DNA of 43,002 nucleotides from a virus (Duplodnaviria; Heunggongvirae; Uroviricota; Caudoviricetes): IMG/VR virus record IMGVR_UViG_2740892012_000013, positions 1 to 43,002 of that record; one strand, 5' to 3'. Shown piece by piece: positions 36,789 to 43,002 of this stretch (position 1 is its first letter; each line of letters starts with the position of its first letter). The notes under the pieces were generated by a model. It saw only the letters and a program-made list of their open reading frames with translations, ran no database searches and was not told where the DNA came from. The position numbers and the translations under genes were made by a program.

Positions 36789-37373
36789 ATGAAAAGTATC
36801 CAGGACGTCCGCAGGCAAAATCTCAACGACTTGATCGACCGTGAATTCAATGGTGTTCAGACGCGGATGGCAGAAAAACTTGGAACTCAGGCAAATCTGG
36901 TAAACCGCTGGGCTCTTGGCAAGAAGGTTATCGGCGACCAGGTTGCGCGAAAAATTGAAGCTGCCGCCAATAAACCCCGTAACTGGCTTGATATCGATCG
37001 CTCGCTTTCTCAGGAAGGTTTTCAGCCTGTCGGCCCAAGCGACATTGGTCAGCTGGCAGCTCACAACCTGGAACGCTGGATGAGTGAAAGCCGCGACCTT
37101 TCAACTCAGGGAAAACTTCACCGCGCATCCGGCGTCGCCCAGGTGACAATCAGCCGCCTGTTAAACAATGAGGTCAGCGTTTCCATTTCCACCCTGGAGA
37201 ATGTTGCATCCGCATTCGGGCGTCACGGATATGAACTACTGATTCACCCGCACGACCCTGCGACTATCAACTATGACCGCTCACGCTACGCATTGTTACC
37301 CGAAACCGAGAAAGCAAAGATCGAAAGTTACATTGAATTTGTCATCAACCAGAACGAAAAAAACAAACAATAA
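36789..37373 (+). CDS. Prophage repressor candidate: tandem HTH (XRE-like) protein without S24 peptidase domain
   Basis: Two HTH-like segments (...TRMAEKLGTQANLVNRWALGKK... and ...LHRASGVAQVTISRLLNNE...); no GDSM-type Ser/Lys autocleavage motif; cI position, divergent from Cro-like gene. Confidence 0.6.
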   Translation: MKSIQDVRRQNLNDLIDREFNGVQTRMAEKLGTQANLVNRWALGKKVIGDQVARKIEAAANKPRNWLDIDRSLSQEGFQPVGPSDIGQLAAHNLERWMSESRDLSTQGKLHRASGVAQVTISRLLNNEVSVSISTLENVASAFGRHGYELLIHPHDPATINYDRSRYALLPETEKAKIESYIEFVINQNEKNKQ

Positions 37374-37393
37374 AACCATATTTTTCAGTAAGT

Positions 37394-37420
37394 AAGCCGC
37401 CTTATGGCGGCTTTTTTATT
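37394..37420 (+). terminator. Rho-independent terminator after repressor gene
   Basis: AAGCCGCC-TTAT-GGCGGCTT followed by TTTTATT. Confidence 0.7.
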
Positions 37421-37429
37421 GCCTATTCG

Positions 37430-37520
37430 ATTACCTAACGGGTAATTTTTTTAACTCATATCTATTGACATCAAACCATATACGCATAATTATTACCTCA
37501 ACGGTAACAGACCGAGGTAA
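37430..37520 (+). promoter_or_regulatory. Early-left promoter candidate flanked by operators
   Basis: Operator ATTACCTAACGGGTAAT (37430-37446); -35 TTGACA (37465-37470); 16-17 bp spacer; -10 TAATTAT (about 37487-37493); operator ATTACCTCAACGGTAAC (37492-37508) overlapping -10/+1; extra half-site AGGTAAC (37514-37520). Confidence 0.6.
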
Positions 37521-37526
37521 CAAGTT

Positions 37527-37679
37527 ATGCAGTGGAAAATCATCAACGGTTGGTACTGCGTTACTGCATGCGGATTCATGAGCTGGAAGTTCCGCACCTT
37601 ACAGGAAGGCATTAAGTGGGCTTTCGTCAGCAAAGAAGCTCGCGATGTGGCCAACGATAACGAGATATGGGAGGGCTGA
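37527..37679 (+). CDS. Small hypothetical protein (50 aa)
   Basis: SD GAGG 9 nt upstream; first ORF after the promoter; not in the ORF track (under 60 aa). Confidence 0.4.
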   Translation: MQWKIINGWYCVTACGFMSWKFRTLQEGIKWAFVSKEARDVANDNEIWEG

Positions 37680-37681
37680 TA

Positions 37682-37981
37682 ATGAACGTTAATCAGCAGA
37701 AAAATCTTCAAAAAATCATGCTGGCATTCGACAAGGACTACCGTCTGTCAGAACAGCTATATGACCGACAAGTTGAACTGATTGAGAGTATCCGGCTTCA
37801 TCAACTGGCATCAACTTTCGACGTTGTAACAGTTAAAGGCGTTCGCCAGGAAGTACTGGAGGCCGCTAAAGACAGCCCTGAGTTCGAAGAACTAATGGAT
37901 GCCTACCGGCGCGAGGCAATGGCAATTATCGCCCGCTGGGATCTGGCTGATCAGCTTGATGGGCAGAGGGACGCGGCATGA
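37682..37981 (+). CDS. Hypothetical early protein
   Basis: ATG at 37682 with SD GGGAGGG 6 nt upstream; stop overlaps next start (ATGA). Confidence 0.5.
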   Translation: MNVNQQKNLQKIMLAFDKDYRLSEQLYDRQVELIESIRLHQLASTFDVVTVKGVRQEVLEAAKDSPEFEELMDAYRREAMAIIARWDLADQLDGQRDAA

Positions 37982-38799
37982 AACCGGGAATTTATTTCGA
38001 CATCAGCAACGAAGACTACCACGCCGGTGACGGCGTGAGTAAGTCGCAACTGGACATGGTTGCCAAGAATCCGGCGCTTCTTAAATGGGTTCAGGCAGCA
38101 CCAGAAGACGAAGAGAAAAAGTCTGCACTGGATATGGGAACCGCATTGCACTGTCTGCTTCTGGAGCCTGGAGAGTTCGACAAACGCTTCATTGTTTCAC
38201 CGAAATTCGATCGTCGGACGAAACAAGGTAAAGCTGACGAAGAGGAATTTCTTCGTGATGTGGCGGATATGGGGATTACGGTACTTGATGCCGAGCAGTG
38301 GCGGAAACTGGAGCTGATGCGTGATAGCGCAATGGCTCACCCGGCGGCACGCTGGATGCTGGAAGCACCTGGTTACTGCGAAGCATCAATGTACTGGAAC
38401 GATGAAGAGACGGGGGAGTTGTGCCGAATTCGTCCAGACAAATGGCTGAACGAGCACAACGTGATCGTCGACGTGAAAAAGGTTGCAGATATGGACCGTT
38501 TTGCACGCCACATCGAGGAATTCCGCTACCACGTGCAGGACGCAATGTACCGCGAAGGCGCAATGAGGGTTACTGGTCAGCCGCATGGTTTTTTCTTTCT
38601 TGCCGTGAGCGAAAGCATTGATTGTGGTCGGTATCCGGTACGCGTGTTCGAGCTGGATGCGCAGGATGTCGATGCCGGGCACGCTCTGTTCCGCCGGGAT
38701 CTGAATACCTATCACGAATGCCGCATCAATGATGAATGGGGCGGTGTGGAAATCATTAAACGCCCTGAGTGGGCACGCAAACAGGATATGTACATATGA
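37978..38799 (+). CDS. PD-(D/E)XK-type exonuclease (RecE / exonuclease VIII C-terminal-domain-like)
   Basis: 273 aa with nuclease-like motifs (...GTALHCLLLEPGEF..., ...VIVDVKKVADM..., ...YHVQDAMYREG...); translationally coupled to RecT-like gene. Confidence 0.65.
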   Translation: MKPGIYFDISNEDYHAGDGVSKSQLDMVAKNPALLKWVQAAPEDEEKKSALDMGTALHCLLLEPGEFDKRFIVSPKFDRRTKQGKADEEEFLRDVADMGITVLDAEQWRKLELMRDSAMAHPAARWMLEAPGYCEASMYWNDEETGELCRIRPDKWLNEHNVIVDVKKVADMDRFARHIEEFRYHVQDAMYREGAMRVTGQPHGFFFLAVSESIDCGRYPVRVFELDAQDVDAGHALFRRDLNTYHECRINDEWGGVEIIKRPEWARKQDMYI

Positions 38800-39737
38800 G
38801 CAACGACATCGCAAACATCAACGCACCAGTAGACACAGCAATCGCTGGAACTGCTGCAACTATTTTCAGCCCAGACGGCTTGAACCAACTGATGAAATTC
38901 GCCGAGGTAATGGCGCAAAGCCGCGTAACGGTACCGGCGCACCTCGCCGGGAAACCAGCTGATTGCATGGCCGTGGCAATGCAGGCTGCGCAGTGGGGAA
39001 TGAACCCGTTTGCCGTGGCTCAGAAAACCCATGTTGTGAACGGCACGCTAGGTTATGAAGCCCAATTAGTAAACGCAGTTATCTCAACGATGTCGCCAAC
39101 AAAAGATCGCATCAACTACGAGTGGTTCGGGCCGTGGGAACGCGTGATCGGTAAGTTTGTTGAGAAAACATCCAAAAACGGCAATCCATATATCGCACCA
39201 GGCTGGACTCTAAAAGACGAAGAAGGCTGCGGTGTTCGCGTATGGGCAACCATGAAGGGCGAGGATCAACCTCGAGTGCTTGAGTTAATGCTGTCTCAAG
39301 CACAGGTAAGAAACTCCACACTTTGGGCCAGTGATCCGAAACAACAACTCGCATACCTTGCGACAAAACGCTGGTCTCGCCTGCACTGTCCTGACGTAAT
39401 CATGGGCGTCTACACCCCAGACGAATTACAGGAAACGGCACCGCGCGTTGAGCGAGACATTACTCCGCAAACGACCACTGCTGCGGGAATGAACAGTCTG
39501 ATCAACGCTAAACCAGCGAAAAAGCCTGATGAGCAAACGCGTAAATCGGACAGCCGTGATCCAGAAGAAATGCTGATGGCCTTTACCAGCGCAGCGATGA
39601 ATTACAGCACTGTCTCCGAACTGGATAAGGCTTACAAATACATTGCACAAAAACTTTCAGATGATGACGAACTGCTGGCAAAAGCAACCGACGTTTACAG
39701 CGTTCGTCGGGAAGAATTAAACGAAACATCTATGTAA
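38796..39737 (+). CDS. RecT/Red-beta-family single-strand annealing protein
   Basis: ATG at 38796 (overlaps upstream stop); ...CMAVAMQAAQWGMNPFAVAQKTHVVNGTLGYEAQLVNAVI... typical annealase core; acidic C-terminus. Confidence 0.65.
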   Translation: MSNDIANINAPVDTAIAGTAATIFSPDGLNQLMKFAEVMAQSRVTVPAHLAGKPADCMAVAMQAAQWGMNPFAVAQKTHVVNGTLGYEAQLVNAVISTMSPTKDRINYEWFGPWERVIGKFVEKTSKNGNPYIAPGWTLKDEEGCGVRVWATMKGEDQPRVLELMLSQAQVRNSTLWASDPKQQLAYLATKRWSRLHCPDVIMGVYTPDELQETAPRVERDITPQTTTAAGMNSLINAKPAKKPDEQTRKSDSRDPEEMLMAFTSAAMNYSTVSELDKAYKYIAQKLSDDDELLAKATDVYSVRREELNETSM

Positions 39738-39786
39738 CCACCACCGCGGCGCCACGTGCGCCGCACTGCAACCAAGAGAGGTATTC

Positions 39787-40035
39787 ATGAAAGGTGCATT
39801 AGGTAAGAAAGAACTCCTGGCGGTGGTGCCACTGTCATGGAGCACTATCGACCGTATGGAGCGCGCAGGGGAATTTCCTAAACGCTGGTATATCACCGAT
39901 AAACGCTGCGCATGGAACCGTGATGAAGTTGAGCGTTGGCTTGATGAACGTCAGGCAGCAAGCCCGGCAGAGTTCCAGGGTAAAAAGCCTCCTGTTCAGC
40001 AACGTGTATATCGTCCCGTGAGCAACGCTGCATGA
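39787..40035 (+). CDS. AlpA-like HTH protein (excisionase/regulator-like)
   Basis: 82 aa, ...LLAVVPLSWSTIDRMERAGEFPKRWYITDKRCAWNRDEVERWL... matches AlpA/Xis-type HTH. Confidence 0.55.
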   Translation: MKGALGKKELLAVVPLSWSTIDRMERAGEFPKRWYITDKRCAWNRDEVERWLDERQAASPAEFQGKKPPVQQRVYRPVSNAA

Positions 40036-40192
40036 GTGCGCTGCTAAGGCACTGGAGCAAATGGTCAGGATGGTACTTATTCCTGGCCTCTGTTTCAGCA
40101 TGGCTTTATCTGCTGGCATTAATTTTCAGAGAGGGTTGGATTAAGTGAGAAAGTTAAGCCGACTTGAAAAATATCACATGAATAAGGTTTCA

Positions 40193-40444
40193 ATGCGCAG
40201 TCCGTCAAAGATTGTCGCCGTTACTCCTGCGGCGATAGAGATCGAAAAACGCGCGATTGAAAGAGAGAAAAAAGGGCAATTCCGCATTGCCGCTCACCTT
40301 TGGCTTCAGTGTATGGATGTTGCTTCTGGTGATGTTGAACGTGCAAGGATCGCGGTTCGCAGGGACCAATGTATCACAAAAGGTAACGGCCTTCGCCGTG
40401 GCGACTATAGCGGCATAGGATGTTGTGGGGTGGTTTATGACTAA
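40193..40444 (+). CDS. PerC/ANR-like small regulator (putative)
   Basis: Preferred ATG at 40193 (AAGG upstream); ...FRIAAHLWLQCMDVASGDVERARIAVRRDQC... resembles PerC-family prophage regulators from memory; start uncertain. Confidence 0.4.
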   Translation: MRSPSKIVAVTPAAIEIEKRAIEREKKGQFRIAAHLWLQCMDVASGDVERARIAVRRDQCITKGNGLRRGDYSGIGCCGVVYD

Positions 40445-41087
40445 GAAATACACACTAATCTATGCAGATCCACCCTGGGTATACCGGGACAAAGCCGCAG
40501 ATGGTAATCGCGGTGCCGGTTTTAAATATCCGGTTATGAGTGTGCTGGATATCTGCCGCCTTCCTGTGTGGGATTTGGCCGATGAAAACTGTCTGTTGGC
40601 CATGTGGTGGGTGCCAACACAACCACTCGAAGCACTAAAAGTTGTTGAAGCCTGGGGATTCCGTCTGATGACGATGAAGGGCTTCACGTGGATAAAATGT
40701 GGTAGTCGACAACCAGATAAACTGGTTATGGGTATGGGACACATGACTCGCGCCAATAGTGAAGATTGCCTGTTTGCGGTAAAGGGAAAACTACCTACGC
40801 GCATTAATGCAGGGATCGTTCAGTCATTTACCGCACCGCGGCTTGAGCATTCAAGAAAGCCAGATATCGTTCGTGAAAAACTTGTGCAATTATTAGGCGA
40901 TGTTTCTCGCATTGAACTGTTCGCCCGCCAGACGTCTCATGGCTTCGATGTTTGGGGTAATCAGTGCGAAGACCCGGCAGTGCAACTACACCCTGGATAC
41001 GCGTTGGATATCGGCGGATTAACAAATGCATTCAGCAATGCTCCGCTGTCACCAACAGACAACCAGGGGCGGGAGCGTGCAGCATGA
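40437..41087 (+). CDS. MT-A70-family DNA N6-adenine methyltransferase
   Basis: ATG at 40437 with SD GGGGTGG; catalytic DPPW motif ([10 protein letters not shown]) plus ...CLLAMWW... and ...GFRLMT... regions. Confidence 0.75.
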   Translation: MTKKYTLIYADPPWVYRDKAADGNRGAGFKYPVMSVLDICRLPVWDLADENCLLAMWWVPTQPLEALKVVEAWGFRLMTMKGFTWIKCGSRQPDKLVMGMGHMTRANSEDCLFAVKGKLPTRINAGIVQSFTAPRLEHSRKPDIVREKLVQLLGDVSRIELFARQTSHGFDVWGNQCEDPAVQLHPGYALDIGGLTNAFSNAPLSPTDNQGRERAA

Positions 41088-41743
41088 ACCTATATCAACG
41101 CATCAATGGCGCTGACTGGTGCAATATCTTCGTCGTCGGCGATCTGCATGGGTGCTACACGCTGCTGATGAACGAACTCGACAAAGTTTCATTCGACCCG
41201 GCGCGCGATTTGCTTATTTCCGTTGGTGACCTTGTTGACCGCGGCGCTGAAAACGTCGAATGCCTGGATTTGATTACTATGCCGTGGTTCCGAGCTGTTC
41301 GTGGCAACCATGAGCAGATGATGCTGGATGCACTGGTCAACGGCGGAAGTTTCGGACATTGGATGTCAAACGGCGGTGGATGGTGGCACCAACTTGATTC
41401 TGAGCAGGATGTGCAACTCAAATACCTTCTGCCAAAGGTTACCAACCTCCCGATGATTATCGAACTGGTTACCGGCAATAAGAAGGTCGTCATCTGCCAC
41501 GCAGACTACCCGCACAACGAATACGCATTCGATAAGCCAGTACCGGAAGAAATGGTGATATGGAATCGTGAGCGGGTTAGCGACGCGCAGGACGGTATTG
41601 TCTCGGAGATAACCGGTGCCGATTTGTTCATCTTCGGTCATACGCCAGCACATCACCCACTGGTGTATGCAAACCAAATGTACATCGACACCGGCGCAGT
41701 GTTCTGCGGAAATCTGACGCTTACCAAAGTCCAGGAAGGATAG
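41084..41743 (+). CDS. Ser/Thr protein phosphatase, lambda-phosphatase-like (calcineurin-like metallophosphoesterase)
   Basis: ATG at 41084 overlapping upstream stop; motifs GDLHG, GDLVDRG, GNHE; about 219 aa. Longer ORF-track start at 40964 rejected. Confidence 0.8.
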   Translation: MNLYQRINGADWCNIFVVGDLHGCYTLLMNELDKVSFDPARDLLISVGDLVDRGAENVECLDLITMPWFRAVRGNHEQMMLDALVNGGSFGHWMSNGGGWWHQLDSEQDVQLKYLLPKVTNLPMIIELVTGNKKVVICHADYPHNEYAFDKPVPEEMVIWNRERVSDAQDGIVSEITGADLFIFGHTPAHHPLVYANQMYIDTGAVFCGNLTLTKVQEG

Positions 41744-41745
41744 AA

Positions 41746-43002
41746 TTATTTATTACTGTCTTCCATCCACTTCTCAAACTTCGACGGGGAGAACGGAATC
41801 AGATCCGTATGCTCCCCGTTAATCCAGGAATCAATCATATCGGCCCACTGCTGCAACATGTAGGCGCGCTGTCTGGCGTATTCCGCTTTGTTATATACGG
41901 CGCGCACACCTTTCTGCTCGTGTGCCAGAGCCTTTTCAATCCAGTCTGAAGGATAACCAGCCTCATGCAACAATGTACTGGCTGTACGGCGCATATCATG
42001 TACAGTAAAATCCTGAATATGCTCACCATCTTCATTTATTATTTTCACCGTTCTGTCGATCAGAGAGTTCAGCGCGGCATTAGATAATGGCTTCCGGAAA
42101 TTGTAACGACCAGGAACCAGATATTCACTTCCACCAGCGCACATCTGCAACCCGACTAATATATCCTGTGCCTGTTTAGGCAGGTAAATAACGTGCGCCC
42201 GACTTCCCTTCATGCGGTCTGAAGGAATTGTCCATGTCCATTTTTTAAAATCTATTTCATCCCACGTTGCATTGGTGAATTCTCCCTTACGAACCATGGT
42301 GATAAGCACCAGCTTTAAAGCCATTTTCATAGTGCCCATAGCACCAATGGCATCCAGCGTGCGGAAGAACAGGCCAATTTCTTCTGGTGTCAGTGTTCGC
42401 TCTCGTGGTTTAAATATGGCGATAGACGAAGGTTTAATGTCAGCCGCAGGATTAAACAAACCATGACCACGGTCATTGGCGTGACGGTATACGCTGCTGA
42501 TGATCTCCCTGGCCTGTACTGCTGTTGCCCGACCACCGCGTTCGACAATCCGGTCACACAAATCACGAACCATTGATGTGGTAATTTCAGCCATCATTTT
42601 GTTGCCAAGAACCGGAAGTATGTCACGGTCGATCACCGCCTGCTTCATTGCGCGGGTACTGTCAGCCAGGATGACGTGTTTCATATAACTGTCGGTATGT
42701 ACCGCAAACGTCTCGGCACCACGAATCTTTTTAATACCGTCACGTTTAGCCGCAGCCGGTGACTGGCCTGCTTTAAGCAGCTTCTTTGCAGCAATCAGTT
42801 CTTCTCGCGCTTCTGCCAGGCTGATACCGTCACGCCCATACTGCCCGATTACCAGTGTTTCGCGGCGACCGTTGATACGGTAGTCATAGCGAAACGAGAC
42901 CGTGCCTGACGTAAGCACAGCTACATACAGCCCGTCACGATCGGAGACCTTGTACAGTTTGTCCTGCGGCTTGAGGTTTTTTAATTTTGTATCGGTAAGC
43001 AC
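41746..43002 (-). CDS. Tyrosine integrase (P4-type); start lies at or just beyond the window edge
   Basis: N-terminus LTDTKLKNLKPQDKLYKVSDRDGLYVAVLTSGTVSFRYDYRINGRRE... typical of P4-like integrases; C-terminal catalytic region with ...HDMRRTASTLL...; ORF reaches position 43002 (GTG). Confidence 0.85.
   Translation of the reverse strand: MLTDTKLKNLKPQDKLYKVSDRDGLYVAVLTSGTVSFRYDYRINGRRETLVIGQYGRDGISLAEAREELIAAKKLLKAGQSPAAAKRDGIKKIRGAETFAVHTDSYMKHVILADSTRAMKQAVIDRDILPVLGNKMMAEITTSMVRDLCDRIVERGGRATAVQAREIISSVYRHANDRGHGLFNPAADIKPSSIAIFKPRERTLTPEEIGLFFRTLDAIGAMGTMKMALKLVLITMVRKGEFTNATWDEIDFKKWTWTIPSDRMKGSRAHVIYLPKQAQDILVGLQMCAGGSEYLVPGRYNFRKPLSNAALNSLIDRTVKIINEDGEHIQDFTVHDMRRTASTLLHEAGYPSDWIEKALAHEQKGVRAVYNKAEYARQRAYMLQQWADMIDSWINGEHTDLIPFSPSKFEKWMEDSNK

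Noticed and set aside
40964-41743. Long 259-aa version of the phosphatase ORF
   Set aside because: Its first 40 codons overlap the methyltransferase gene in another frame; the ATG at 41084 gives the canonical phosphatase N-terminus.
1-43002. CRISPR arrays, rRNA genes, insertion sequences
   Set aside because: No short regularly spaced repeats, no rRNA-like sequence and no transposase-like ORF or terminal inverted repeats were seen; the only tyrosine recombinase is the prophage integrase.

Overview
Nearly the whole window (about 1.15 kb to the right edge) reads as one temperate phage integrated in an enterobacterial-type chromosome; positions 1-1142 look like two host (or moron) envelope genes ending in a terminator. 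No search could be run, so every family call is from motifs read by eye. Layout, right to left: a tyrosine integrase (41746-43002, -); a plus-strand early operon (small ORFs, RecE-like nuclease, RecT-like annealase, AlpA-like, PerC-like, MT-A70 methyltransferase, lambda-type Ser/Thr phosphatase); an immunity region with a double-HTH repressor lacking a LexA-type cleavage domain, divergent from a Cro-like gene; a lambda O/P-like replication module with iterons inside the O-like gene; a nin-like block (DUF1064-like, HNH, Ead/Ea22-like, DUF551, DUF4222-like); TerS/TerL; a plus-strand island with tRNA-Arg(UCU); then portal, scaffold, capsid, tail-tube, three internal-virion proteins (one with a lytic transglycosylase domain), an accessory island, tailspike, and holin/endolysin/Rz/Rz1. 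The accessory island (5.9-12.1 kb) is the most interesting part. It holds a P22 immI-like module (Mnt-like, Arc-like, Ant, SieA-position membrane protein), a second Bro-N antirepressor, a standalone antirepressor C-terminal-domain gene behind a near-consensus LexA box, and two diverged YafO-like toxin candidates each coupled to an unrecognisable upstream partner; a near-identical ~234-bp inverted repeat brackets one of those pairs. A 17-bp palindrome (ATTACCT-N3-AGGTAAT) recurs about a dozen times at intergenic and promoter positions across 32 kb and is the best candidate for the prophage repressor operator.
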